From positions 1 to 64,000 of the IMG/VR virus record IMGVR_UViG_3300032315_000647: a stretch of 64,000 bases of DNA; one strand, 5' to 3'. Source of the stretch: a virus. Positions 1-10,061 of this stretch are shown here, in pieces (within the stretch, counting starts at the first letter, position 1; each line of letters opens with the position of its first letter). Both the position numbers and the translations under genes were made by a program. The notes under the pieces were generated by a model. It was not told where the DNA came from, did not search any database, and was given only the letters and a program-made list of their open reading frames with translations.

Positions 1-27
1 ATACAGGTTCGAATCCTGTCCTGACTA
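1..27 (+). tRNA. 3' fragment of a tRNA gene (T-arm, acceptor strand, discriminator A); isotype not determinable
   Basis: ACAGG-TTCGAAT-CCTGT T-arm (3-19), then CCTGACT-A; followed by CTA rather than CCA; 5' part lies outside the window. Confidence 0.75.
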
Positions 28-40
28 CTAAAATTAAACC

Positions 41-163
41 ATGTTAAAACGAATTCATCAGTATTTGAATTGTATATTAAGACACCATAATAGAGAATAT
101 ACAGGAAACAATGGCATTCAAACAAGATGTAAAGATTGTGGCATGTTCCACAACATATTATAA
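41..163 (+). CDS. small Cys/His hypothetical protein (40 aa)
   Basis: Own translation MLKRIHQYLNCILRHH...RCKDCG; A-rich upstream region. Confidence 0.5.
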   Translation: MLKRIHQYLNCILRHHNREYTGNNGIQTRCKDCGMFHNIL

Positions 164-181
164 AACATTGTTAGGCTGTGT

Positions 182-349
182 ATGAAAAGCAAAAAAGTAC
201 AAGAGATGCTTGACCAAATGGAAAGAGATCCTTGGTATGTCAAGCTAAGACGTTGGTGGAATGTAAAGATATGGACATACAAATGTCTATCAAGGAAATA
301 TTGGGATAAGACACACAGCGGTTACATTTTTAAAAAAAGAGATTTATGA
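182..349 (+). CDS. hypothetical protein (55 aa)
   Basis: Own translation MKSKKVQEMLDQMERDPWYVKLRRWW... Confidence 0.5.
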   Translation: MKSKKVQEMLDQMERDPWYVKLRRWWNVKIWTYKCLSRKYWDKTHSGYIFKKRDL

Positions 350-668
350 AAGAGTTATATGATTTGGTTGTTTTGGTAGGATTTATCAATAATCTTGCAA
401 TATGTTTTGTAGGAATAATTTTGGAGAGACGAATCAATAATCTCAGAGATGATTTTAGAAATGAAATTAGAAACTTAAAAGACAAACAATGAAAATAATA
501 GAAACCAAAATAATATATAGTAGACGATACCAAGATTATGTAAAACTGCATATTTGTCTGTCTGAAGGTAATCCAGTGTTACATTATTTTATAGAGTTTC
601 AAAGTGCATTGTCAAAACTTTCAAGTCTTGAATTAAGACAATTATTAGATAATGAATAAAATAAAAAC

Positions 669-863
669 ATGACCCAAAGATTTATCCTTAAAGATGTTGT
701 TACCAATCTGTATTGGCACGGATTTTATACCTCAAAAAATTGGACTGACGATATTTTAGGATCTCACCTATTTTACGATAGGAGTTCGATAGAAGACTTT
801 ATACGTTACAATAATAGGGTGTCAGATGGTATGGTTCTTCAAGTAATTGAAATTTGGAAATAA
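669..863 (+). CDS. hypothetical protein
   Basis: ORF track; A-rich leader; co-oriented. Confidence 0.6.
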   Translation: MTQRFILKDVVTNLYWHGFYTSKNWTDDILGSHLFYDRSSIEDFIRYNNRVSDGMVLQVIEIWK

Positions 864-888
864 AAGACAAACAAACAAAAACCAGTAT

Positions 889-1188
889 ATGAACAATTTA
901 AATGGACCAGAAGTAATGCAAGAAGATGGACCTCGGACAGCTATGCTAGGAGATTTAAATGGACCCGAAGAAATTGGGCCTAAACAACGGAAAGAATCTA
1001 GGAATGAGACATTGAAAAATTGGGAAATCAACATTAAGTTCTTTAATGTAGGATGTGTAGTGAATGTAGGATGTCAGTCATTTGCTTTTGAGAGCGTAGA
1101 CAAAATGATGACAGAGCTTAAATTCTATGTTGAGAATCCTGATGAAGCTAGAGTGAAGTATCTTAAAATAAGAGAAGAACAGAAATAA
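889..1188 (+). CDS. hypothetical protein
   Basis: ATG at 889 within track ORF 847; internal LNGPE duplication. Confidence 0.6.
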   Translation: MNNLNGPEVMQEDGPRTAMLGDLNGPEEIGPKQRKESRNETLKNWEINIKFFNVGCVVNVGCQSFAFESVDKMMTELKFYVENPDEARVKYLKIREEQK

Positions 1189-1189
1189 C

Positions 1190-1474
1190 ATGTGGACATT
1201 CATTAAAAAGCTCCTACCAGCAAGAATAATAGTCAGAAGTTGGTATTGGGTGGAGATTGAAAATGATATGGAAGAAGAGCTGAAAGACATATTTTTTATG
1301 CTAGACATAGAAGATTATGAAACAGCTAAAGCATTCATTGCAGATTTTCATAAGAAATATGGTGTTATGAAGAAACCTTATTGGCTATATGAAATGCATT
1401 CTCAGATTTGTAGAGCAGAGGGAATGTTAGCTGTATTATCACATCCTTTAATAGAAGAAAACAATGAAGACTAA
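1190..1474 (+). CDS. hypothetical protein
   Basis: ORF track; tight packing. Confidence 0.6.
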   Translation: MWTFIKKLLPARIIVRSWYWVEIENDMEEELKDIFFMLDIEDYETAKAFIADFHKKYGVMKKPYWLYEMHSQICRAEGMLAVLSHPLIEENNED

Positions 1475-1814
1475 ATTTTTTACCTATTGTCAAAACAATA
1501 GTGGAGGAAGTTTTCACATATCAGAAAAAGAAGGAATAGGTCCATATGTTATTATAGAAGCTCTAGATGCTAGACACGCTAACTCAAGAGCTGAGGAAAT
1601 TGGACTCTATTTTGATGGATGTAGGGTAGGAACAGATTGTCCTTGTTGTGGAGATAGGTGGTATGAAGCTGATGAAAGTGATGGTCACAATGTCCCTATG
1701 ATATATGGAGAACCTGTAGAAAGTGTAGAAAAAAGCTGGTATAAAGAATATGTTTATATTCATTCTTTAGACAAAACATTCAAAAAAATAGAATTTTTAG
1801 AAAATGGCAAATAA
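1464..1814 (+). CDS. conserved phage protein (QNNSGG...DCPCCGDRW family, DUF7296-like)
   Basis: Motifs QNNSGGSF, GLYFDG, DCPCCGDRW. Confidence 0.7.
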   Translation: MKTKFFTYCQNNSGGSFHISEKEGIGPYVIIEALDARHANSRAEEIGLYFDGCRVGTDCPCCGDRWYEADESDGHNVPMIYGEPVESVEKSWYKEYVYIHSLDKTFKKIEFLENGK

Positions 1815-2013
1815 AGTATGGCATAAGATTGTTATTGCTACAGAAGAGCAAAATGTAGAAATCTATCCAACAGATGATTATGGTGGCATCATAGTGGAAA
1901 CTAAAGAACTGGATGATAAGACAGAAAGTTCACGAATGTATCTCAATGAGGATGAAATGGAAATGCTTATTCTCAAGATGAGAGAGATGATGAACTATGT
2001 AAAAGAGAAATAA
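1804..2013 (+). CDS. hypothetical protein
   Basis: ORF track; overlaps neighbours. Confidence 0.6.
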   Translation: MANKVWHKIVIATEEQNVEIYPTDDYGGIIVETKELDDKTESSRMYLNEDEMEMLILKMREMMNYVKEK

Positions 2014-2231
2014 TGCTAATAAGTAAGGAAACTCTAGAAGGACTTCGTATTGGAGAACTTACAGACGAGCAATTGGATGAAGCAATTAATCATTACAAGA
2101 TGTTAGAAAAGCTTCTTGATGTTCATGGAGATAAATATTTTCTTGTTTGGAAGGATGTCTATTATGAATTAATGAGACTTAAGAGTTATAAAGCATCTAG
2201 AAATGGAAGAAAAAGCAATACTAAAGTTTAA
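2013..2231 (+). CDS. hypothetical protein
   Basis: TAATG coupling with the upstream gene. Confidence 0.6.
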   Translation: MLISKETLEGLRIGELTDEQLDEAINHYKMLEKLLDVHGDKYFLVWKDVYYELMRLKSYKASRNGRKSNTKV

Positions 2232-2397
2232 TGGTGGATTATTAGCAATTCTATGCTCTAAATGTAGCGTAATCATCAAAACAGGCAAGGATTTTACAGA
2301 ACAAGAGAAGCTATTTGTAAAAGGGGAGGTGCTACTACCTCCCCAATACTGTGAAAAATGTATATATGAAAGTAGAAATCTCATGGAACAAAATTGA
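2203..2397 (+). CDS. small Zn-finger-like hypothetical protein
   Basis: KFNGG..AILCSKC...YCEKC. Confidence 0.6.
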   Translation: MEEKAILKFNGGLLAILCSKCSVIIKTGKDFTEQEKLFVKGEVLLPPQYCEKCIYESRNLMEQN

Positions 2398-2517
2398 TGA
2401 CTGGTGGCTTGCTGTAGGAATATCACTGACAAAATATAATTATAGTGATCGGTATGTTCTTACACTAGAATTCTTGGTTTTCTCTGTTTATTTCAGATTT
2501 AAAATAAAATAAGAGCT

Positions 2518-2742
2518 ATGACATATGTATGTGAAGTGTTTTACAAGTTTGTTTATGTCGATTCTGAAGGAAAAGATGGTTCTCAAAGCAAATGGTTCTC
2601 AAATCGTGAAGGTATGTGGCCTGAAGCACATGAGAAAGCAAGAGAATATTCAAAATTCCTTCAGAAACAAGGCTATAAGGTGACGCATACAGAATTGTTG
2701 CACACATCCCATTACAAAATAAAAGATGATGAATTATGGTGA
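2518..2742 (+). CDS. hypothetical protein
   Basis: ORF track. Confidence 0.55.
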   Translation: MTYVCEVFYKFVYVDSEGKDGSQSKWFSNREGMWPEAHEKAREYSKFLQKQGYKVTHTELLHTSHYKIKDDELW

Positions 2743-2951
2743 ATACAATATTTAAGAAACATGTAGAGAGATATGAGGCTGGTAATGCTGGTTCCTCTTT
2801 ATGGCAAACATGGAAAGTGGTTGCTGATTTGGGGGATGGACTGTATAGCTGTGTTCGTGTAGACAGCACATATGATCCTATGGGTGCAGCTAGCCCTCAG
2901 AAACGTACATTTAAAGAGAAAGATATTCTCAAATATCTACAAAACAAATAA
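2736..2951 (+). CDS. hypothetical protein
   Basis: ORF track. Confidence 0.55.
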   Translation: MVNTIFKKHVERYEAGNAGSSLWQTWKVVADLGDGLYSCVRVDSTYDPMGAASPQKRTFKEKDILKYLQNK

Positions 2952-2956
2952 TCGTT

Positions 2957-3385
2957 ATGCACGAATATGTAGAATTGGTACTAAAGAGCTACATGCCCAA
3001 ACAATTAGAGGTGGGTATGTGGTTTATTAGTGATGATAGACAAGTTTGGGCTCTTGATAAAGTTCCTTTAAAGAGTATAGAGGAGTTTGTTGTCACAAAT
3101 GGTGCACCTGTAGAGCCCTATCTCATCTATGAAGAACAGGTGATAGCCACTCCTGATGAGATAGGATGGTTTGATGATGGTCCAGAATTTGACAATCTCA
3201 GAGATTTACAAGTGGATGACATTAATTTCATCAATGATGAATTTGTTGGATTTGTAGATATTGAGGTGGATGAACAGAGACATTCTGAAGGTGAACTTGT
3301 ACCAATTATGTACGATGGGAAGGTGGTAATATGCTTTCCTGGAACGTATGATGAAGAAGAAGAAGAAGAAGAAGATAACAATTAA
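2957..3385 (+). CDS. acidic hypothetical protein with poly-Glu tail
   Basis: ORF track; (GAA)n run near the 3' end. Confidence 0.65.
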   Translation: MHEYVELVLKSYMPKQLEVGMWFISDDRQVWALDKVPLKSIEEFVVTNGAPVEPYLIYEEQVIATPDEIGWFDDGPEFDNLRDLQVDDINFINDEFVGFVDIEVDEQRHSEGELVPIMYDGKVVICFPGTYDEEEEEEEDNN

Positions 3386-3396
3386 AGACTAATCAC

Positions 3397-3597
3397 ATGA
3401 ACCTGTTTGAGAACATTACAATCGAAAGACTGCAACAAATTGAAGAAGAAAGAGAAGCAACACAATTTGATCCTGAATTTCAAAGATGGATAAAAGAGCT
3501 CAATGTTAGTAAGATGTATGTTAATAAGGATGGGATAATCAATGCAAGAAACATGATGCAAGATTATTCAATAGCAAAAACTTACAAATTGAGATAA
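3397..3597 (+). CDS. hypothetical protein
   Basis: ORF track. Confidence 0.55.
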   Translation: MNLFENITIERLQQIEEEREATQFDPEFQRWIKELNVSKMYVNKDGIINARNMMQDYSIAKTYKLR

Positions 3598-3665
3598 ACG
3601 ACAAGAACATTTTCCATTAGTTAAAGTACAATCAAAAGTCAAAGCACAATTAACGTTTAAAGCAC

Positions 3666-4427
3666 ATGAAAAAGAAGAACGAATCTTACAAGAACACATT
3701 GCAAATTAAATGGTTGGGTAACAATGCAAAACTCACTTTCAGCTATTTGGCTGGTATCAACCGTCCCATCTATCCTGCACAGGTGACTAAACTTGCTGAG
3801 TCAATTAATAAAATGGGTGTGATTCGTCCTGTTGTTATTGCAGAGATTGACTTTATCACTGGTAAGAAGACAAAATACATTATTGATGGTCAACACCTGT
3901 TCAATGCCTTGATTAGAAATAATATGGAAATCCCATATGTCACTATTGTCATCAAGGATAAGAAAGACTTAGTTGAAACTATTGCTAAACTCAACGCATC
4001 TTCTAAGAACTGGTCATTATTAGACTATGTTACAGCTTGGGGTTCGCTGAATCCAGACTATGTTAAACTCAATCATTATTTCCAAGTGTATGATTTGGAT
4101 ATGGGTTTCTTGACAGCTGTACTCAGTGATATCACCACCGATGGTGGTAATATAACTAAGAAAATTAAAAACGGTGAGTTTAGAATCATCAATGAAAAAG
4201 AGAATGTAAAACTTCTCGATCAACTAACCGATGTTCTCAAGATAGTTCGACGTATGAACAGACGTGAAAACATATACTTGTGTAGAGAATACATAAAGTT
4301 TGCCAAGGGTTGTGCTAAGTATAATCATGATAGATTCATGAAAAACTTAGCCAGGAACAAAAATAAATTTGTTCTTGCCACGCAAGAAGAAGGTATGTTG
4401 AAAAAGTTATTTAGTAATCTTTTATAA
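3666..4427 (+). CDS. ParB/Srx-like N-terminal domain protein
   Basis: V..LAESI..MG.IRPVVI...YIIDGQH.F.AL signature. Confidence 0.75.
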   Translation: MKKKNESYKNTLQIKWLGNNAKLTFSYLAGINRPIYPAQVTKLAESINKMGVIRPVVIAEIDFITGKKTKYIIDGQHLFNALIRNNMEIPYVTIVIKDKKDLVETIAKLNASSKNWSLLDYVTAWGSLNPDYVKLNHYFQVYDLDMGFLTAVLSDITTDGGNITKKIKNGEFRIINEKENVKLLDQLTDVLKIVRRMNRRENIYLCREYIKFAKGCAKYNHDRFMKNLARNKNKFVLATQEEGMLKKLFSNLL

Positions 4428-4438
4428 ACCAATGAGTT

Positions 4439-4648
4439 ATGACAGCCACACTTGTTTATCGCTCCTCTTGGAGCCCATGTAGACCCTCAGTGTACACTGA
4501 TGATTGCGAGAATCCAAATGTGAACAAGTTAATTGATGCTATTTTCAAACGAAAATCTACAAACAGATTGGTGTTTGAGAATAACAAAATGTATTATTGT
4601 CCTTCTGATGACTACAAAAAAGTTGTTAGACTGCGTAAGATAAGGTAA
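4439..4648 (+). CDS. hypothetical protein
   Basis: ORF track; AAACCAA upstream. Confidence 0.55.
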   Translation: MTATLVYRSSWSPCRPSVYTDDCENPNVNKLIDAIFKRKSTNRLVFENNKMYYCPSDDYKKVVRLRKIR

Positions 4649-4691
4649 ATTTGATGTCCCCACATCTCTCTAATGATAGGTGTGGGGATTT
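4623..4691 (+). promoter_or_regulatory. Bacteroidota-type promoter followed by a GC-rich hairpin
   Basis: TTG(4623)-N20-TAAATTTG(4646-4653); stem TCCCCACATCT/AGGTGTGGGGA 4657-4688 followed by TTT. Confidence 0.5.
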
Positions 4692-4703
4692 AAACCTTTA
4701 CAT

Positions 4704-4934
4704 ATGGCAAAAGATAAATGCATCTTATGTGGTGCTGAGACACCTTATGATGAAGAAACTCATGTTCATTCACGAAATGGTTATATTGAAGGAGCTGGAC
4801 AGCTTTGTAAGAATTGTAGCAACGGTAGTAATATTGTTGTTCCCTCATCTTTTATTGAGCATATTCCAAATGATCAAGAGTTAGGCGAAACTATTAGAAC
4901 TATTTATTTCACAAAGACAATTAAAAATGTCTAA
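4704..4934 (+). CDS. Zn-finger hypothetical protein
   Basis: ATG 4704; CILC...YIEGAGQLCKNC; C-terminal PNDQELG..IR motif. Confidence 0.65.
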   Translation: MAKDKCILCGAETPYDEETHVHSRNGYIEGAGQLCKNCSNGSNIVVPSSFIEHIPNDQELGETIRTIYFTKTIKNV

Positions 4935-4956
4935 AAAGAACAAAAAGAAGTGATTT

Positions 4957-5133
4957 ATGCCTGATATATCTATGTGCCCAGGAAATGATTGTCCTCTAAA
5001 GGAAGAATGTTACAGACATAAAGCTACACCCAGCGAATATCAGTCCTATTTTGTAGAGGCTCCATATGATAGCTTCAATAAGGATTGTGATTTCTTTTGG
5101 AGAATTGAGAAAAAGAATAAAACTGAAGAATAA
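4957..5133 (+). CDS. small Cys-rich phage protein (58 aa)
   Basis: Own translation MPDISMCPGNDCPLKEECYRH...; TAATG coupled to the polymerase. Confidence 0.65.
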   Translation: MPDISMCPGNDCPLKEECYRHKATPSEYQSYFVEAPYDSFNKDCDFFWRIEKKNKTEE

Positions 5134-7097
5134 TGGACAATGTAATCATCTATGACATAGAAACCATGAAAGAATTCTTTCTTGTTGGTGCATATATTCC
5201 TAAAACAGGAGTATATTATGAATTCAGCATCAACAAATGGGAGAATCAAATAGACAGTTTCATCAAGTTTGCAGAACAACATTCTGACTACTATTGGGTG
5301 GGCTATAACAATCTCAGGTTTGACTCTCAGGTGGTAGAATGGGTGATGCGTAATCATGAAAACTGGCATGAGCTTTCTGGTCTAGATATTACAACCAAAA
5401 TTTATCAGAAGTCTCAGGATGTTATTGATGATGCTAATCATGATGTGTTTCCTGAATATAGAGAAACAGACTTGTCTCTCAAACAGATAGACCTCTTCAG
5501 GATTCACCATTTCGATAATAAGAATCGTAGGGTGAGCTTGAAGAGACTAGAATTTGAGATGGACTTAGAGAATATTGAGGAGATGCCTATTCATCACTCT
5601 AAACTAGATTTGACACGAGAGGAGATTGTTGTTACACAGCAATATTGTCAGAATGATGTTTTAGCCACTTATCAATTTTATCTTGTCACTATTGGGGAAA
5701 CAAATCATCCTTTATATAAAGGAAATAACCAAATAGAGCTCAGACAGGATATAGAAGCAGAGTTTGGTATTCCTTGTCTCAACTATTCAGATAGTAAGAT
5801 AGGGGATGAGATGATTAAGAAGTTCTATTGTCAAGAGAAGAACTTAGACTACAAGGATCTTCCTAAGAAGGGAAAGTTTAAAAAGAGCATATCTGTTAGA
5901 AGCTGTATTGCTGATTATGTTACATTTCAAACTCCTGAGTTAAATAGCTTCCTTCAGAAGATAAAGAAAATGTCCTTAGGCATGCAAGATGATTTCAAAG
6001 AGGAGTTACATTTCTATGATAATGTATATTCCTTTATGAAAGGTGGTTTGCATACAGAGAACAAGCCTGAGATATTTGAAGCTGATGATGAGTATTTGAT
6101 TATTGATTGGGATGTGTCTAGCTATTATCCAGCCATCATCATTAACAATGGACGCTATCCTTCTCACCTAGGTAGAGAGTTTCTTCGTGGATATACAACA
6201 ATGTTTGAGAAACGATTGGAACTCAAACCTTTAGCTAAGAAGGATAAGAAAATCAAGGGTATTGTTGGTGCTCTAAAGCTTGCAGTTAATAGTGTTTACG
6301 GTAAGAGTTCTGACATGCAGAGTTGGATTTATGACAGACAGCTCACTATGTTCACCACTATTACAGGAGAACTCAGCTTGATGATGCTTATTGAGGCATA
6401 CGAACTCAAAGGTATTCATGTTATATCCGCTAACACAGATGGTGTCACTATTAGAATTAAGAAGGAAAATCTTCATCTAATGGATGCTGTTAATGAATGG
6501 TGGATGGAGCTCACAAAATATGAGCTAGAACGCACTGATTACCAGAAGATTGTGTTTTCCACTGTAAATGACTATATTGCAATAAAAACTGATGGAGAAG
6601 TTAAGAAGAAAGGTGATTTCCTCACGGATTTTGAGCTTCATAAAAACAAGTCAGCAAGGATTGTACCATTGGCTCTTGAACAATATTTTGTTCATAATAT
6701 ACCTGTTGACCATACTATTAGGAGTCATAATAATATCTTTGACTTCTGCCTAAGACAGAAAGCTAGTAAAGATTTCCATTATGAAGGATGGAATAGAGCT
6801 AGAGGTGAGAAAACTGTCTACAATAAGCTCATCAGGTATTATGTAAGCAACACAGGAGAGAAGCTTCTCAAGGTGAAGAATGCTGATAGTGAGTCTACAG
6901 CTCCAGATGTTTCTCAAGTGGAAGCAGGAGAATGGGTGTGCACTGTCTGTAACAACTTAAGAAAAGATGATCATCCTATAGGTGGTGTAAATCTGGACTA
7001 TTATTGTGAGAAAGCAGAGAGAATTATTAGGAAAATTCAAACAAAAGGTAAGAAATCAAAAATTAACGTCAATCCAAATCAACTATCGCTATGGTGA
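5133..7097 (+). CDS. polB: family B DNA polymerase with 3'-5' exonuclease (crAss-like)
   Basis: YDIET (ExoI), GYNNLRFD (ExoII), YCQNDV (ExoIII), DVSSYYP, KLAVNSVYGK, ANTDG. Confidence 0.93.
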   Translation: MDNVIIYDIETMKEFFLVGAYIPKTGVYYEFSINKWENQIDSFIKFAEQHSDYYWVGYNNLRFDSQVVEWVMRNHENWHELSGLDITTKIYQKSQDVIDDANHDVFPEYRETDLSLKQIDLFRIHHFDNKNRRVSLKRLEFEMDLENIEEMPIHHSKLDLTREEIVVTQQYCQNDVLATYQFYLVTIGETNHPLYKGNNQIELRQDIEAEFGIPCLNYSDSKIGDEMIKKFYCQEKNLDYKDLPKKGKFKKSISVRSCIADYVTFQTPELNSFLQKIKKMSLGMQDDFKEELHFYDNVYSFMKGGLHTENKPEIFEADDEYLIIDWDVSSYYPAIIINNGRYPSHLGREFLRGYTTMFEKRLELKPLAKKDKKIKGIVGALKLAVNSVYGKSSDMQSWIYDRQLTMFTTITGELSLMMLIEAYELKGIHVISANTDGVTIRIKKENLHLMDAVNEWWMELTKYELERTDYQKIVFSTVNDYIAIKTDGEVKKKGDFLTDFELHKNKSARIVPLALEQYFVHNIPVDHTIRSHNNIFDFCLRQKASKDFHYEGWNRARGEKTVYNKLIRYYVSNTGEKLLKVKNADSESTAPDVSQVEAGEWVCTVCNNLRKDDHPIGGVNLDYYCEKAERIIRKIQTKGKKSKINVNPNQLSLW

Positions 7098-7513
7098 AGC
7101 TACTATTTCTAGCAATGACAATTGTTCCTACAAAAAGTGATGTATGGAGTGAAATAAAGAATTCAGGTGTTAAGCATCCAAAAGTGGTATTTGCTCAAGC
7201 AATCATTGAATCAGGAGGATTCAAGAGTGTGTTATCAAAGGATTGTAACAATCTCTTTGGAATGCGCGTTCCTAAGAAGAGGCAAACATTAGCTGTAAAG
7301 AAATGTAAACATAAATCTGGTTTTGCAAAGTTTGACAGTTGGCAAGAGAGTGTGTACGATTATCTACTCTATCAGAAAAATGTTCTCAAGAATAAGGGAA
7401 AGATGACTGATGAGCAATATCTTAGATATATTTCAACATCATATGCACAAAATCCAGAATATGTCTATCTGATTACTAAAACAATGAAGAAATATTCAAA
7501 ACTAACATTATGA
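7091..7513 (+). CDS. glucosaminidase (GH73/FlgJ-like) peptidoglycan hydrolase
   Basis: AQAIIESG, NNLFGM, F.SWQESV.DY, YA..PEY. Confidence 0.85.
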   Translation: MVKLLFLAMTIVPTKSDVWSEIKNSGVKHPKVVFAQAIIESGGFKSVLSKDCNNLFGMRVPKKRQTLAVKKCKHKSGFAKFDSWQESVYDYLLYQKNVLKNKGKMTDEQYLRYISTSYAQNPEYVYLITKTMKKYSKLTL

Positions 7514-7941
7514 CTATTAAAAAAGGAGACAAATATCTAGATCATCTAGGTAATTCATGTTTTATTAGTTACATGAGACTAGATGTTGTAAAGCTTACAT
7601 ATCCTTTAGACAATGGCAGAATAGATGTTTGGAAAAAGGATGATTTCATTGCTAATGTAAACAGGCTTGCATTTGTTAAACAAAAGAATGAGCCTGTTAC
7701 AAGAGAGAACGTTGGTACCCATCTTGTAGAATATCAGTTGAGCTTAGTGGGCAAAACTATGGAAGACGCTAAACAAGATGGTAAGTGGTATGATAATATC
7801 ACTATGACATCAAGACAACATGAAATGTTCAAGTCTTATGCAATTCCTCTCATAAGGAAGATATTTAAATGCAACAAGAAAAGAGCTGAGACAACATTTG
7901 CTTGGTTTGATTTAGCTCAAGGACTTAGGGTTAAAGACTGA
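7510..7941 (+). CDS. hypothetical protein
   Basis: ORF track; ATGA coupling. Confidence 0.65.
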   Translation: MTIKKGDKYLDHLGNSCFISYMRLDVVKLTYPLDNGRIDVWKKDDFIANVNRLAFVKQKNEPVTRENVGTHLVEYQLSLVGKTMEDAKQDGKWYDNITMTSRQHEMFKSYAIPLIRKIFKCNKKRAETTFAWFDLAQGLRVKD

Positions 7942-8204
7942 TATATGGAAGCTTTAGTTTATGTCCTAGTGATATTATTAGCTATATTCTACGGAATTCT
8001 TTCTTACAATATGGTGAATGGTCCTTCTGAAGAAGAAGAGATAGATGATCCCACCACTACATGCTGGCATGATGATGATCATCATCCAGACCAACCTATT
8101 TAGCCATGAGCAAATATGAGAATAATGCAAAGATTACATTCTTTGGATGGGTTGGTTTAATCATCGCATTAGTAATTAGTTTTTTTCTATCCCACTGTTA
8201 ATTT

Positions 8205-8483
8205 ATGAGTAGAAATTTGTATTACTTGATTGATACCGAAGGATGGTATAGAAGCGTTGTGTACATACTTGGAGAACCTTGGAGCACAAAACACACTGTT
8301 GACACCAGTGCTGTTAGGTACACACATGAAGAGATGCTCAGAGCAAAAGAATATCTGAGAAACAGAAAAGTTAAGGTTAATGAAATGAAAATTCATGGCG
8401 AAAGGAAGTTTGATAGATTTGGTAACAGGACAGATGTTGGTAAAAAGACCAAGAATTCTGTCAAAAAATCACAATCGAAATAG
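8205..8483 (+). CDS. hypothetical protein
   Basis: ORF track. Confidence 0.5.
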   Translation: MSRNLYYLIDTEGWYRSVVYILGEPWSTKHTVDTSAVRYTHEEMLRAKEYLRNRKVKVNEMKIHGERKFDRFGNRTDVGKKTKNSVKKSQSK

Positions 8484-8580
8484 AAACCGATTTCCTTCTT
8501 ACAGCAATTGGCTTAAATGGGGAATGCATAAAAAACCTATTGTATTATATGAATCTAAAAATAACGCCACATCACTTTGA
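8395..8580 (+). CDS. small basic hypothetical protein
   Basis: ORF track; overlaps neighbours. Confidence 0.4.
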   Translation: MAKGSLIDLVTGQMLVKRPRILSKNHNRNRNRFPSYSNWLKWGMHKKPIVLYESKNNATSL

Positions 8581-9172
8581 AGAGCTTATTAAAAAGGGTT
8601 ATTCTTTAGATGCTGTGTTTCTATTGAAGTTGATAGAGCAGCAGCTAGATATTCAACCTCTCTGTGAAGGGAGTATGAAAATAGCTGCTCTCTATCAAAC
8701 TTTAGTGAGAAAAGGACTCATATCTGATAGTGATAAGATAACCACAGAAGGTAATCAGCTTCTCAAGTTTATTGACACTAAAGAGGAAACAAAGATTTTA
8801 AAACGTAAACCTGCCACCACAGAATTTGAAGAGTGGTGGAAAGCATATCCAGGTACTGACACATTTACTCACAAGGGTAAGAAATTCACAGGTGCTAGAA
8901 GTCTGAGACAGAATAAAGAAGAATGTAGAATCAAGTTTGATAAGATTCTTCTAGAGGGAGAATATACAGCAGCTCAGCTAATAGAAGCTTTGAATTTTGA
9001 CATCCTTCAGAAGAAAGAAAGTTCTGTTAAGACTAACAGCAATAAGGTGACATATATGCAGAACTCCCTCACCTACCTAAACCAAAGAAGCTTTGAACCA
9101 TTCATTGAACTCATTAAAGAGGGAGCTGTAATACAAGAAACCTTCAAACCATCTGATGGTACAGACATTTAA
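8549..9172 (+). CDS. putative winged-helix replication initiator/replisome-organiser-like protein
   Basis: wHTH-like N-terminus (LVRKGLI...KITTEG); FEEWWKAYP and YMQNSLTYLNQRSFE motifs. Confidence 0.55.
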   Translation: MNLKITPHHFEELIKKGYSLDAVFLLKLIEQQLDIQPLCEGSMKIAALYQTLVRKGLISDSDKITTEGNQLLKFIDTKEETKILKRKPATTEFEEWWKAYPGTDTFTHKGKKFTGARSLRQNKEECRIKFDKILLEGEYTAAQLIEALNFDILQKKESSVKTNSNKVTYMQNSLTYLNQRSFEPFIELIKEGAVIQETFKPSDGTDI

Positions 9173-9349
9173 CTTTTCAAACATGAAAAATGGACAACAG
9201 AATAATAACAAAACTTATAAGAGAGGTGATAATTCTCATCTGTCTATCAGTGGCTATAGTTTACGCACTGATTTATGTTATTGATTTCCTAACTGGATTA
9301 TACAAATTATACAGTTTCTAATGAAACACAATCTAATTAAAACAATAAC

Positions 9350-10060
9350 ATGAAAAACGTACATTTATTACCTACGGATAAACTTATAAAATCTGCTGGG
9401 GATTTAGTTAAAGACAAATATGGTAGTATTCATATTTTCACCAAAAATGATGGTAAGGAGTATGGAAAAACTACCACTAAATTAAACATCTACATCACTG
9501 ATAATTCAGAAATTAAAGAAGGAAATTATGTAGTTGTCGATTGTTCAGAAATAGAAATAGAAGAAGTAAGACTTGTAATAGGTTATTACAACGAACAATT
9601 CCTTTTTGATGATAGAGGTCAAATACACATGGATTATTGTAAAAAAGTCATTCTGACAACCGACCAAGACTTAATCAAAGATGGCGTACAAGCTATTGAC
9701 TATGAATTCTTACAATGGTTTGTTAAGAATCCAAGTTGTGAGTGGGTTGAGGTTATGCCTATCGGTTTTGAAGATAGGGATGATTATTTAATCATGATCC
9801 CACAAGAAGAACCTAAACAAGAAACACTTGAAGAAGCTGCTGAAATATTTTATTCTGAACAGTCAAAAGCTTACGAAGATGCAACAGAACCTATGTTTGA
9901 TAATTCAAGATATTTAGTTGCAGGTTTTATTGAAGGTGCTAATTGGCAAGCTGAAAGAATGTATAGTGAAAAAGAAGTGATTGCAATAGTTGAAAAAAGT
10001 AGAGAAACAGGATTAACTGCTGAATACTTACTTTTAACTGACCAATTTAAAAAGAAGTAA
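9350..10060 (+). CDS. hypothetical phage protein (MKNVHLLPTDK...EPKQETLEEAAE type)
   Basis: ORF track; modular motifs recalled from Bacteroidota phages. Confidence 0.7.
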   Translation: MKNVHLLPTDKLIKSAGDLVKDKYGSIHIFTKNDGKEYGKTTTKLNIYITDNSEIKEGNYVVVDCSEIEIEEVRLVIGYYNEQFLFDDRGQIHMDYCKKVILTTDQDLIKDGVQAIDYEFLQWFVKNPSCEWVEVMPIGFEDRDDYLIMIPQEEPKQETLEEAAEIFYSEQSKAYEDATEPMFDNSRYLVAGFIEGANWQAERMYSEKEVIAIVEKSRETGLTAEYLLLTDQFKKK

Positions 10061-10061
10061 C

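Noticed and set aside
1-30. tRNA fragment as a prophage attachment site
   Set aside because: No integrase, host genes or second copy in the window; the truncation is explained by the window edge.
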